A stretch of 63,590 nucleotides of DNA, counting the filler, from Intoshia linei (Eukaryota; Animalia; Orthonectida): the NCBI GenBank assembly GCA_001642005.1. It is 7 parts of 7 records of this genome, joined end to end, with 100 filler letters (N's around TTAATTAATTAA, not from the genome) between each part and the next. Parts side by side here need not be neighbours in the genome. Positions count along the whole stretch, not along the records: positions 23,112 to 35,365 come from LWCA01001146.1; positions 35,466 to 48,584 come from LWCA01001033.1; 5 more parts are not named here. One strand, 5' to 3'. Below, in pieces: positions 27,914 through 42,300 of the stretch. The translations under genes were made by a program, and so were the position numbers. Under the pieces are notes generated by a model. That model was not told where the DNA came from. It worked only from the letters and a program-made list of their open reading frames with translations, and made no database searches. Position 1 is the stretch's first letter. Each line of letters begins with the position of its first letter.

Positions 27914-30900
27914 ACAGGTAAAAGTAATCCATATGAAAAAACCAACACTGATTCAGATGAAGATGATAATATTCTTAACAAAACAAAATCTGAAAAAAAC
28001 TCCAAAAAAAATAAAAACGAAAAGAAAAAAAAAGATAAAGACAAAAAAAACACGAAACATAATAAAAAAAAAGACAAAAATTTAGATTCAGACGAAATGA
28101 GCGATGACTTGAAAAATTTAAAAAAAAACAAGTTTAAAGATAAAAAAAACCAATTACATAAAAACGAAAAGGATATCGATGGTCAAAATAAAGTAAAGAT
28201 AGATAAAAAAATTGAAAAAAAATTGGAAAATAAAAAAAAAATGGAAGCTGAATTGTTAAAAGACAAAGAAAAAAAGATGCAGAAAAAAAATGAAAAAAAA
28301 GAAAAAGAAATAGAAAAGGACAAAGAAATTAAAAAATATAAAAAAGCTAGTAAAAAAACAGATAAAACAAAAAAAATTGAAAGTGAAACAGAAAATGAAA
28401 CTAAATTATATAATGCTGATGAAAAGGATAAAAAAACAAAAAAAATAGAAAAACCTCAAAAATCTGAAAAATCAAAAAAAACCCAAAAAACTAAAAACCA
28501 TCACAAATTAAATAAATTTGAAAAAATAAAAGGAAATATAGATATTAACATGGAAAGAGAAAGTGAAATCGAATCAAAAAATGAGAAACGTAATAATGTA
28601 GAAAAAAATCAAAAATTGAATAAATCTAAATTACATAAAAATCAAAAAAATCTCAAACATGATATAGATATAGAAAATGATAGTGTATCAGAAAAGGAAC
28701 CTGTATTTGAAAAGAATAACAACTACAAAAAATTGGAAAATTCCAAAAAATCCAAATTAAACAAAAAACAAAAAAAAATCAAGCATGAAAATGATACAGA
28801 AAGTGATAATATACCCGAAAACGTATTGGATATTGAAAAAAGTAAAAATGAAAAAAAATCTGTAAAATTGGAAAAAAAACAGAAAAAGCAGAAAAATAAA
28901 AATTTTTCTAGTGACATGGAAAGTGAAATTGAATTAGAAATAAAATCTGACACTGAAAAAGATAAAAATGAAAAAAAAAATAAAAAAACCAAAAAATTGA
29001 AAGAAACTAAAATTCATTCAGAAGATGAATCAGAAAATGAAATAAGTGGTAAATTTGATAAAAAGTCTATAAAATTAAATCAAAAAATCAAAAAATCAAA
29101 ATTGGATAAAAAACAACTAAATAAAGACGTCGGTACTGACACGGAAAGTGAAATTGAATTAAAAAACAGTCATACAAAAAAAAACACGAAAACTAAAGAA
29201 AAAAAAAAAAAAAATAATAAAATTAAAAAAAATCATTCTAAAAAAATAATAAGCGATAAAGATTTAATCGACAAAGAAGAATCAATAATAGATTCATATG
29301 ATGATGAATTGAAAAAAAAATTAAAAAAAAAAAAAAGTAAAAAGAAAAAATTAGATAAAGTACTTGATGATGAGAATAACGAAATTTCTGAAAAAAAACA
29401 CAAAAAAAATAAAAAGAGTCAAAAGAAAAAAAATGAAAGTCGAGATGAATCCGATACACATGACAAAGAAGATTTGAATAATGAAACTGCGCTAGAAACA
29501 TATAGTTATTCTTATTCATATAAATTAATATTATTATTATTATTAATTTACTGTTATATATTTACTTATCCATAGAAGAATATGCACCGACTGATCAAGT
29601 TTTATGGATAGGAATTGAAAAAACTGATGATTTATATTCGCATATGCCACTTTCCCAACCAATTGTACGTGTATCGTTGTTAAATGGTAATAACTCTGAA
29701 ACGATTCTTAAGCAGGACCAGTAATTTATTATTATTATTAACCCTTTGAGGTATATTCTTTATTATATAATGAAATATGTAGTTAAATTTAAAACAAACT
29801 ATGTTGAATTACATTTTATTTATTACACAAAATGTAATTTTGCACTACTGTATACTTTATAATTTAATTTTATAGGTACTTTAATGTATTAACTCTATGA
29901 TAATCCATATTTTTTAAAAAAAGATAATTTGTGGTTTTGGTCACCAAGGTGCCATTTTTTTAATTTTTAATGTATTTTACTTTCTACATCGGAAAAAACT
30001 GTCTCAGAATTTTCGTTTTTCAAATTTCCGGAACTACCAGTTTTATCAGTAAATTAATAGACAGATACACATTTTTAACAAATTTTACTTTATAAAGTAA
30101 GGTTTTTAAGCTTACTTTTTACATCTACCAATTTTATAGGTCAAGAAATGTTTCGACGCATTATGAAGAAAAAGTTGATTATATTTTGCCCCAACAAACT
30201 AAACCATATGACATGAAACATAATATGTAATTTTATAATCGTTCATCATTCCAGTTAATAAAATTATTATTTAATGGATTTAGACATGTATTTAAATGTA
30301 CTTTAATATTTTTTTAATGTAGGTCGACTATGCCATATTGGAACGATATTATTGTATTTAATGAAAATTTTAATTATTTGTGCCGTTCAATTCATAATAC
30401 AATTTTGTTTTTTGAGGTACGTGTAATATTAATTGTAATATATTAGTTTCCTTTTGAAATCATAATGGTGATTATTTTAACATGTATTTTATGACGAAAT
30501 TAAAAAATCGTAACAAACAACATGACTTTCAGAAAAAATTAAAATTTCTGGTGTAAATACCATAAAATGTTTTTCAAACAATTAAACTTGATTTAAATAT
30601 ATGTGGTCAAGAGTTTTGACTTATAAAATCATACTGGTGTTTGTAAATTTTATATTTAAATTAAATTTAAATCTGATTCTACTATTTAAGTTTGACATAT
30701 AGGAAAGTATACCATGAAGTTCATGATTATATTTAATCAACTTTTCAATTAAAAAATTATTTAAAACTTAAACACAAAAGTTTTAATATTTCTCTAAATC
30801 TATACTGTTAAAATTTCAATATATAATAAAAAAGAAATTAATTTTACATCGACGATTTAGTACAATGCCTACTATGACAGACTGTAATCTAGAGTGGTAC

Positions 30901-32424
30901 GCGGTTCGGATCATTTACCTGTCAAATTTTTTAAACAAATATCTTTCTGAAAATAATATTTGCGATAAAATATCACTCTAGAAAAATAATATTAGAATTT
31001 GAACTTAATAAAATATTTAGAATGTCAATTTTTTAATTAAACGGTAACACGCACAGATAGTCAATTTTATATAAGTAAAAAATATAAATGATAAATGTGT
31101 GGCCATCCTTCAAAGAGGATGGGACGATGCCATATATGATTATGATGTATTTTAGATAATTGATTTTATGGAACCCATAATACCTAGAGCATATTTTTAT
31201 CATCATACTCCTAAACCATCAGGGTGGAAACTAATTGGATGGTCTTTTCTAAAGGTAAAATATTCTTTCATTTAAAACTATGATACATGTAACGTATTTG
31301 ACATGTTCAATTTGAATTGTCACTGTTTCCCAACAATAGTTATTTTTTAACTTACATTTTAGTAATGGTTCTATGGTAATACTTACATTAACATTTAAAC
31401 ATTAAATAGTTAAAACTATAAACGGGTATAAACTTTAATTTCTCCACAAAATTTAAAAAGGGTATTTAGGGTAATTAACATCCAACCATTTCTATGAACT
31501 TTTAATATAATATTTTTAAAACAGATGTAATAAATAATTTATGAATTAATGTTAATAATTTCTAACAAATTTAAGAAAGGTGTTTAGAATACAATGTAAA
31601 TAGTATTACAGTATTAATTTGTATCATACCTCTAAAATAATTACTTAACATTTCTATAATTACAAATTTAGATGGTTTCTCAAAACGATGAAGCAAATAC
31701 CGGCAAGATTCGACTACAAATTTATAGACCACAACACGATAATTTTGTAAAGATAAATGAAGTAATTTTAAAATAGTATAAGATGAATTTAAATTTTTGA
31801 AAAAAATGTGGAGGAACCTGTTGAGTTATATCCAAGATAAATAAGATACAAAATGTACACAATACATAGAATTAAATATTTATATAGTACATAGATATTT
31901 AATTTGTATACATGTAATTATAAATTTAGATTTTTGAATGGTACAAAAATGGTAACTGCAAAAAGATAAATTGCAGTTTGTATATTTCTATAAAAAGTAT
32001 AAAACTAAATTATAATTTGCAACCTTGTTTAAGACCCAAATTTGTTTATCAAAAGGTAAATTTAAATTTGGAACCAATATTCAAAGTCTATAAAAATGGA
32101 GTTTTTTATTTGACTAGATTTGAGTTGGTGCCCTGTCCACGAGAACTAGTCCAAATTTTGAAGTAATTTTTATCATCTGTTCATTGTTTTAGTTTAGATT
32201 TTTTGGTTTAGAATCAAGATTATAAAACAATGGGTCCACAATTATTATCATATCCAATCTAAAAATATTTCCATTATATTATTAATTATAATTAATATAA
32301 TATAACATTATATTTATTGTAAGTTATTAGAACCTTAATACAAAATTTTGATTAAAATTATTTAGGAACAATCTACTGAATTCAAAGTTTTAAAAAAAAC
32401 AGAATCAAATTCTGATATTGTTAG
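27914..32424 (+). CDS. AHI1: Jouberin/AHI1, partial (Lys-rich N-terminus plus C2-like region; start and WD40/SH3 exons not found)
   Basis: Exons ~27914-29504, 29576-29720, 30140-30226, 30323-30416, 31156-31254, 31672-31761, 31930-32055, 32366-32424 give RNVSTHYEEKVDYILPQQTKPYD, WNDIIVFNENFNYL, ILFFEIIDF, IGWSFLK, KIRLQIY and IFEWY, matching AHI1 in order. Confidence 0.88.
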
Positions 32425-32538
32425 GTAAACTTAATAGACATAGGTGTGCTGTTAATGCAATGCTTTACAATCAGTTTCACTTGGCAATACAAATTTCAAT
32501 CAATATATATTTCGCGACACATCAATATTACATTATAA

Positions 32539-32740
32539 CTAGCTTGGCTGTTTTGTACTACGTACAAACAGCACCTAGCTCTGCCGAGGGCACTCTTTTA
32601 TTATACCAAAAAAATAAATTCACGTTGAAAATCTAACTTAAAAATCCACTATTCACTATTATCATTTAAAGGAGTGGTTCCAAAATTTGTTTCAGGTGGA
32701 ACCGTTATATCACATTACTTTTTATTTTAAAGTGAATTAT
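32539..32740 (-). mobile_element. Helitron 3' end (near-identical copy at 35259-35365)
   Basis: A|CTAGCTTGGCTGTTTTGTACTACGTACAAACAG; both copies stop at assembly breaks (single N at 32741; linker at 35366). Confidence 0.8.
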
Positions 32741-32779
32741 NTAAAATTTTTTATATATATTTTAATGTATTAATATACA

Positions 32780-33699
32780 ATTTATTTCAAATAGATCAAT
32801 TCTCTTGTAGTTTTATTTAATAACTCACAAAACATATTCCTCCTTAATGTTATCATTCACAACATATCTTGCAAATACATCAGTAGATTCGTCCAATTGT
32901 AAACTAAATTTTACTAGGCTTTTTCGAAGTTCCATAACTTCTGCTAAATTTTTAAACCTTTTACAAAGGAATTGATTTAAGTGCCCCTTTTTGTTTTTCG
33001 CCAAGTAGAAGTTATGCAACGTTAAGAGTGCAGGGTTTAATCAACGTTTCTGATGGTATGCTGCTTTTTTTGTTTAGAAAACATGATATTATGCCTCTAC
33101 AATTTTGTTACATAGAGAAGAAATGATAAATTGTCAAATGTTCCATATTATGTGTTTTATAGTATTCCAACATGTGTTTTATATTCTTATGATTACGTAG
33201 GAGGTTTGGCTTTATGCTATTATTGCATAAAACGCTGAAAAGTAAATGCACTGAGGTTTTTCGGTTTCATGTGCATCATTACGACAGGTAAAACCAAATT
33301 CTACATAATTGTTATTTCATTGTCTTCTTTTAGACATCCTTAGAAAAAGTTAAAAACTCTATGATAATTTATATATTACAATACATAATTTGTATACCTT
33401 AAAAAAGTTAAAAACACAAAATTAATTTGATTATTAAATGATTGTGAAATAAATTCAATGAGCGTTAATTATTAGCTTAACTTAATAAGTATTAACAATA
33501 TAAAATTATGTTTTATATCTAACCTTTTTGTTAATAATAAAAATATCAATTATGTAATTTCACTCGTTTAGAAAAAACATTAACTCATTAATTAATAATT
33601 AATTTTTAACTAATTATTTTATTAATGTAATTAAAAAAAATTGAAAATAGCTCTGTGCACCCATTTGGGGGTGCATGCACCCCCGGTTAAGAACCACTG
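32780..33699 (-). mobile_element. Decayed hAT Buster/Charlie (ZBED5-like) transposon
   Basis: Terminus CAGTGGTTCTTAACC at 33699; fragments YVEFGFT...KPQC and FSLQLDESTD...FARYV...IKEE. Confidence 0.85.
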
Positions 33700-35465
33700 G
33701 TCTAATCGATATAAATCTTTTAAGTCAAAGATATCAGTTAAAATCACTATTTTACTGATGGGATTCAATAGTCTCATTAATGATATCTTCTTCACTTACA
33801 ATTGAAATTCTTGTAATTGATTGTTTCTTGTGGTTAAATTTTTATCAGAACGAAAATATTCGTCCAAATCAATGTCCATTTCATAAAAACGTTGAAAGTT
33901 ATTCCATTCTGTAATATCAAGTAAACCAATTTCATTATGCAAATAACTGTTTTCTAATGAAAACATCTTTGCTTTACTGAAATAATTTTTGATTTCACTT
34001 CATCAGTTTTCACCCTTTGCCATGTTATTTAACTTAATTGAACTTAGCTAAAGCTGCCAGATTAAAAACATACTCATATTACTTAGTTACAAAATTATAA
34101 TGTTGAATGGGAATTTTACAAGTTTTTAGCTTTAAACTATATAAAATAAAATTGCAAATTAAAATTTAATTTAAATATTTTATTAATTGAATTGTAAATG
34201 ATTTCACATTATTTGAATTAATCGTATACCATAGCGTATTACATTTTAAAAATTATTAAAGTTTATTATAATAAACTTAAATTTTTAGTACGTTTTTATC
34301 GGTGTTGCCTAAAACGTATTTTTACAAAAAAATGTACTTCTGGCAGCTTTAACTTAACGGGACACGTTTTATAGTATAATGTTATTGAATATAACTTTAA
34401 CTTGGCGAAAATTGGACTTTTTAATTGCTATGAAAATTGTTATACATTTCTAAAAAGCGTGATTGCTTGTAATAAGCGCGATAGCACTGTATTAATTTAA
34501 AATAAATACTGTGAAAATTTTTCAAAAGTACTGTTAATTTTTGATATACTACTCACATTGCGACAATTCGCTCACTTTATAACAATTATACAACTACGCT
34601 ATAAAAACTAAACAACTAACTGGTACAACACTACAAAAATTTTATTTATTATTACAATATATATTAGAATGAGACTTAATATTGCAAGTGTATGTATAAT
34701 ATGATTTAGAAATTTTTTAATATTATTTCGTTATGCGTCTAAGCTTTAGTTACCAAAGAAAATTAATACATAAATTTAAATTGAATACAATGTTTATAAT
34801 TTGAATTTTGCCTGCTGCACGACAGCATAATTCAAATCCAGTCAATTTTTAAATTTTGAATAATAATAATTCATGTTGTTATTTAACCTAATTAAATTTC
34901 ATAAAGTTTCATCGAGGCCCCCAAAGAGGGGTCGGGTACGGTAAGTTAGGTAGTACATACAAAGTATTATACATGTATATTTTCTAAGTTACCAATTAAA
35001 ATTACATCTTTTGTTGATTTATTTTTTTCTAGATTAATCAATCGCTGAACATGAGAAGCTTTGAATATTCTGGGAAATTCTAAGTCAATAAAAATACATG
35101 ATTTGAAAGTATCACATTGGATTAAATATAATATGAATATACAATGGATTATAAATTATAATCTAGTATAATTAATAATAACTATACAATTTAAGAAATT
35201 AAATTTTATTATAAAAATATTTTTGATTCATCAATGACGTAATAAAATTATAATGTTACTAGCTTGGCTTTTTTGTACTACGTACAAACAGCACCTAGCT
35301 CTGCCGAGGGTACTTTTTTATTATACCAAAAAAATAAATTCACGTTGAAAATCTAACTTAAAAATNNNNNNNNNNNNNNNNNNNNNNNNNNNNNNNNNNN
35401 NNNNNNNNNTTAATTAATTAANNNNNNNNNNNNNNNNNNNNNNNNNNNNNNNNNNNNNNNNNNNN

Positions 35466-35622
35466 GTGCGATTTTTTTAATTTTTGTAACGTCATCCCAA
35501 TGGATGATTACAAAATTTTTGAATGTTTCAATCCATTCAGTTATATCCATAGACAATTGACCTGACGGCAACAATAATGCTTGTGGTTTTCCAACTTCTG
35601 ACACCAATGTAGAGTTTTGCAT
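35466..35622 (-). mobile_element. Possible LTR-retrotransposon gag N-terminus
   Basis: DITEWIETFKNF...KKIA resembles gag helices; cut by linker. Confidence 0.4.
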
Positions 35623-36843
35623 TTTAAGTCAAGTTTACAATAACTGTATTATAATAATGTACAATCATAGTCTTGGATACCACACGGTGTAACTAAACAT
35701 GGAGAACAATATTATTATGTTACTAACACGTTTAAAAGGTCAAACGCCAATTTCCGTTAAAATTAAGTTCAGTTTTAATTTCTACATGATATTTAAAACG
35801 TGCACCGCGAATTCGTTTATGATTATTTTTATAAATTTTTTACGGCTATATGCCTAAAAAATATTTTAATTCAGTTTAAATCTACACGTTTATCAAAAAC
35901 GAAAAAAAAACAAAAAAAGTTGACACCCTAATGCCCGTGTTGTATAATTTCTGTGAAATTATATATATGAATTACAGTTTTTTCAATAATACGAATTACA
36001 CTTCTGTCAACCTTTATTTACACATTTATTGAGGGTTTTTTTTATTTTACAGATAGAATATGAAAAACATAAAATAATCAAACTAATTATATTACACACA
36101 AAGGTTATAAATCTTAATAATAAAAACTATTTTGTTGAGCAGGCCGATGTTTTAAAAAATTTAGGCTTAGAGAATGGTACCACCGTTCTTAGAATTTTTT
36201 TTTATCCTGTATAATATTGTATTTTTGTTCTTAGAATAAAGTTAACACCCTAGTAGTGGTCCTTAATGAGAGTTTTAGAGTTGTTTTGATCTTGACAGTT
36301 TTCCAATATTTGGATATAAAGGTGTAATTGAGAGTATAATAATGTACTTCAAGTAATATAGTAAATCATTCAAATTAATGATTAGGATTATTTTAAATTA
36401 AGATTCACCAATATAATATATGGTGAACGGATTTTCCAGTAGATTCAGAAAGTTTTCTGATTATTTCTCCACTATCACAGATTACTGTATAAAAATGAAT
36501 CTTACAATTTAAAATTTTATTTTTAATTATCCCATAATTTAAATTATAATTTATCAAAATTGGCCACCCCTGTTTTACTTTATGTAAAATGAAAGATATT
36601 TTTTATTCATAAATTTTAAAAATTTTTTTTAAACTTTCAATAAAAAGTGATGGCGACTTATGGAGAAATTACTTTACATTTATAATGTATATTAGGGTGG
36701 ACAATGTCCACTAAACATATTTTTCATAGCCAATTTTAATTTACATATTTTGTAACGGACTAATTGAAATATTTTTCGTTTCATTAATTTATACACCTGT
36801 GCGAAATTTTACAGGTTTAGGTTACAACTTTACAAGCAAGGTA

Positions 36844-36876
36844 CTGTTTGTACGAAGTACATAACAGCCAAACTAG
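36844..36876 (+). mobile_element. Helitron 3' end in plus orientation
   Basis: CTGTTTGTAC-GAA-GTACATAACAG hairpin, then CCAAA and CTAG|T. Confidence 0.75.
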
Positions 36877-37419
36877 TATATTAATAAACTTATTTGTTAG
36901 CCAGAAACGACTCGGAATTTTATTAATGTAATGTAGATAATATCGATTAGCAATAAAATATTAACTGTAACTCAATAAATAGAGCGTTGATTATTCCATT
37001 AATGTAAATATATTTTATTTTGGTAAAACCGATAACCGTTTAATTTTATTTTTAATAAAATTATTAAATTAATTAAATTGGAAATATATCATGGCATATA
37101 ATTTTGTATTACAGAATCTCTAAATCTACTAAATGCGTAAAGGTAATGTTGTTATTATTATACGTTATAAATTTTTGTATTATTTTTAAAAATTAATTCA
37201 AATATGATAAATTGATTTATCAAAACAATAAATAAAGAATATAATATATTATTATAATATTAATTCAAATGTACTCATATTGTCTAAAGTCCGACATACA
37301 TCCACATGCATCAATTATAGTTTACGATATCCTAATTCAGTTCTTTTCAAAGGGACCAATGTGGACCCCATGAGTTCAGGCGATATAACAGGGTCACCGA
37401 GGAACATACGAGGTACATT

Positions 37420-38146
37420 TTAAATTTTTATTTTAATCGAAATATTTAAAAAATATTGGTTGATAATATATTAAAAATTATTTTTCACCGGGAATGCGTA
37501 GATTTCTCGGGTTGAAATTTTGTATCAACTTTTACATAATTTTATATCAACTGGAATAAGCTCTATCAGAATGATTTTGCTTTTTTTTTAATTTTCGGAC
37601 CGTTAATTATTTCATATTTTTTGTTTTAATAAAATATTTCGGAAAAAAATATATATTAATACTAAAATGCTTTTTTGACCGTGAAGGCGTAACTTATTCA
37701 GATTGAAATTTTTTTGTGTGTTAACAGGATACAACTGTACCATCTGTAAAATTTTTTAAATTCTAGGGCTGTTTTCATTAAAAAAAAGTTAATAGGTGGT
37801 TTTGACTCTGAAGGTATATTTTTTCAAATTTAAATTTATGATAATATTTATGATTTTAAAATGCGTATCAGAGTATATATTTTTTTAAATTCTCGGACTC
37901 GTTTAATTTTCAAAAAAGGACAATTGGGCTTGTTAACCCGTACAATATGAGTTTGGGAGGTTGAAATTCATTTTTCTATAACCCCCGTAAAAAAATGTAA
38001 TTGAAATGTGGACTTTATAAAATTCTAAGACTGGTAGTTATTGAAATAAACGATAACACAAACAAATATTGCATAGTATATTATAATATGCTATGATTAT
38101 ATAAGTACACAAAAAAATATTGCAAAGCATATTATATAAGTAAGGA
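37420..38146 (-). mobile_element. Helitron family copy (5' part)
   Basis: Ends ATTATATAAGTAAGGA|T (A|TCCTTACTTAT on the minus strand); related pieces near 11480-11910, 40430-41035, 45320-45869 and 46050-46410. Confidence 0.8.
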
Positions 38147-39317
38147 TATAAATTATTAATCTAATTTTAATTATAACTCACCAAACCCTGACTAAAAATT
38201 GCAAACAAGTAAATTAAAAAACGCATTTTTGGATGAATGAACTTGATTTTATCATTATTTGATATGTCTTTTCTCTATTATAAGCAGACCCCTGAAATAC
38301 AAATTTTCAGTGAAATTTTTATTTAAATAAAATTTGAATATAACCAGTTTCTGATTGTATTCGACAGAAAGAAATTTAAACACAACGTATAATACAATAG
38401 AATGTCTAATTTATAAGTTTATATTAATGAAAAAAACTTTTTAGTGTTTTTTATATTTTTCAAGGTCTGCTTAAAAGTCTGCTTGTTTTTGATTATAAGC
38501 ATTTTTTCTTCTACTCTCTAATATAAGAAGACTTCTTACAATCGAGAAAAGACAGTAGACGAATGCTTATTAAAAAGTTTACAAAGTAACCGTATCCATG
38601 ATCTATTCGCTACAACGTTATACTTTCTATAACGCCAAACCCTAAGTACCGCCATAAACATCAAAAAATTAAAATGGCGGTATAGAGAGGCCTGACTGTA
38701 ATTTTAATATTAATCATGATTAGTATAAATTTATAAATAGTAATTATATATGAATTTACATTTTGTATTTATGATGTTAATAAAATTCAGTCGGTATAAA
38801 TTACGTTAAATGAATGTTTTTAATATCCTATATTTATAAATTTCAATTGTAACATGATTATTATTGTTATTTTATTATATTTGTGTTAATTTTTCACTAA
38901 AATGTAGTTCAAGGTAAATGATTTTATATCAGTTCAGTATATAAATTAAAAAAATTTCTAAAATTGTATCACCCATTCACCTCATTAATCTAATTTAAGC
39001 ATAATAAAATAAAAATATTAAAATAACGATTTAACCTGTTTTATATAAATAATACTAAAATATTTTGAATGTGTATTGTCAAAATTATCTCTTTTACCAA
39101 AAACTAATTTTATTTTTCAATGGCTCACAACTAGAACATTTATTATTTTAATCACAAATAATAAACAATGATATCATTGAAAAAGTACATTGAATTCACA
39201 TTCTTTTGATATTATAATTTATTTTTTGAATTTATTTGACACTTAACTCAATTGAAGAAAATTTTTAAATATTTAGTACTGTAATAAAAAAATCATTATT
39301 AATTATTTTCAGAAGTA

Positions 39318-42300
39318 ATGTCCGAACCAACAAAACCGAGAGGACCAATAGCAGCTATGTATTCAAGTCCTGGTCCATGTTATTTGTTACCGAGTGTTAT
39401 CGGTAAAACCAATCATGACCCAAGATCTACCCATAAAAATGCTCCAGCATTTCCATTTGGTATTAAGCATGGTGAATGGAGAAACGGTATGTATAATACA
39501 AATATATTTATTCACTATTATGTATTTTTTATTATTATTTATTATAATTAATTGTATATAACTGTTAATTTATTTTAGCGGTAAAAACTGATATGCTTTG
39601 ATTTTTTTTAGCCTTTCAACTTAATTTTCCCTAGAAAATTTTTTTGAAGTATTACTCTAAATTTTTTTATTTCTGCTTGGCGGTGTAGAATCAAAAGTTT
39701 GGCTACCACTGAGTTACATCAAGCTCATTTCATAAATGGATTAAAAATAATGTAATGGTTCTTGTCAGTTTTTGATTTCTTCATCTGTCAACGATGCGTT
39801 AATTCTGTTGCGGGTTTATTTGATATGTAAAAATGAACTTTTATATAATACACCATATTTTAGTTTTTTGGGTTAGGCTTAAAATGTTGACCATTAACTG
39901 TTTTTATATTTTATCAATTAAAAACAAAATAGTCAATTATAATTTTAGATAGATTTTTATATTAGTTGTATATTTAATTTAATATTATATTTAATCAGTA
40001 ACAAATTTAGTATCATATTATTTTCACCCCATATTCTTTCAGTTCTGTAAGATATTTTGTAAGTGCTGGAAATTGATTAAAATGTATCGATTAATTTGTT
40101 TAAATAAATATTTTATATCAATTAATGTTGTGGAAAATTCATTTTTACCAACCATTTTGAGAAAAATGCACTATAACATATGTATTAAAACAATTTTAAA
40201 TTATATATTTTGCAAATGTATACATTTATGTAAATAAATATTGATGAGTTGAAAATACATTTCAGATTGCTCCCCTGGTCCATGCTATGCAATTCAACCA
40301 AAACTTTATAGAGAAGGATATGACGGAGCACCAAAGTATTCAATATATGGAAGGAATGGCTACAAGCATAAAGTTAACAACCCAGGTAATAATTAATATT
40401 TAATATACTACGCATGGTTCCATTCAATTTAAGAAATCTGACATCCAATCCAATCTTTTTTGTGTGTGTTAACTATCAACTGTATATTTTTTTTAAATTC
40501 TAGGACTATTTTCATTTTTTAAAATAAAGATAATTTGTGTTTTTGATCGTGAAAATTAATTTTTTTAGGTTTGCAATTTATGATAATGTTTATGATTTTA
40601 AAATCTATTCTACAATTTATGTTGAATAAAATTCTAAGACTGTTTTAATTTTTTTTCAAAAAATGGTAATTTATGGTGTTGGCGGTGAAAATATAATATT
40701 TTGAAAAAATAAAATTTATCATAATGTTGATGATTTTAAGATCTTTATCAGATTATGTATTTTTATAATTCTAGGAATCGTTTGAATTTAAAAAAAAAGA
40801 ATAATTGGTTTTTTTGACCTTGAAGGACTCAATTTCTGAAAATGAAATTTGCGATAAAACATCACTACGGAGCAAACTGTACTAGAAATATAGATTTTTT
40901 AAAACTCGAAACCTCTTACTTTCAATTTCTTACTATATTCTTATAAATTGGTACAGGCTGACAAATAAACAAACAGACGTACATTGTAACTAAATTACTT
41001 TATATGCAGTTTATATACTAGATATACAGTAAGGATATGTTACATATACTATTCTTCAAAAGCTATTTATCTATTTGGTAGTAATTTTGTTAATTTGTGT
41101 ATGATTATTTGGAAATTAGGACTAAAAGTATAGTGCAGTTGTGATTCACAACAGAGTATTAATAATAATATTATCAGTAATAGATTAGTACATATTATTA
41201 GTGTATTAGATATTTGATACGTAGTTGCTGTTACACTTTGTAATAATAGCTAAATCATTATTTAAATAGTATAACACCCAAAAATAGTTTCAACAAATTA
41301 ATTTTATTAAAATCTATAAAAAATTTCGTGAAGAATAGTCCAAATTAATGTGATCAGTTAGATCGACTTTGTTAGCTATAAGGAAAATAAAATTAACTAA
41401 TAAGAATTGTATTATTTTTGAATATAAAATGAATTAAGTTGACGTTAACATTAATGTGTATGATGTAAAATCTGTATCAGAGTATATTTTTTAAATTATA
41501 AGTTTCGTTTGATTTTTTTACAATTTTCAACAATCATCAAATATATGATGAATTCAATAAAATAATTAAAATATAAACTTGATTGGTAATATTGTTATAG
41601 CAATTTATAAATTTGACATGTAGTGACTATTTTATTGCTTTATGACATAAAGTTTATGTTGTTATTTTTGTACTCAATTCTTAATCTACATTGTATTGTG
41701 TAAGCAAATTTCATTCATAATTTTGGGATCAAAAATAACCCCGTGTGACTAGTGAAGGGTTAAAATAAAGGATGATTGTGGTTTTGTCCAGTAACATCTA
41801 AGTTCCTGAGATTTACATTTATCTTACTTTATGCACTTAAAGCACTGGGTTAAGATATCGAATTTACGCACCAGTCAATACCCCTGACGATTAATAATAA
41901 TGCAAACATTTTAAAATTTATTTTATTCTAGGTCCAGGTGTCTATAGTCCTGAAAAAACAGGATTTCATGGATATAATACGCCCCCGGCATATAGTTTTG
42001 GTTCACGTCATGAATATATGAAAAGTGATCAAACTCCTGGTAATACTTTTTTTGGATAATTGAATATTTTATAATTATGTATATGTAATACAGTAATAAT
42101 ACAATTATGTATTATAATTTATTCACATCATAATAATACAATCATATATATAACATAATTTATAACTTGTATATTATGATGCTAAATACATTACAATGTG
42201 CCATTACACATTACGGTACACTATAAAAGTCCTAAACTGCATTTTAATTTATTAAACTATGTTAAACTCAAGTCAGATTTTAATTGTAATATAGCAGCTA

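Noticed and set aside
27882-29519. Phe-rich antisense ORFs and the alternate-frame ORF at 27882
   Set aside because: Shadows of the A-rich Lys codons in the AHI1 exon.
33666-33684. GC-rich palindrome GGGGGTGCATGCACCCCC as ncRNA or terminator
   Set aside because: It sits in the subterminal region of the hAT element.
36050-36214. LKNLGLENGTTVLR, reminiscent of an ASPSCR1/TUG ubiquitin-like segment
   Set aside because: Too short, and no consistent exon chain could be built.
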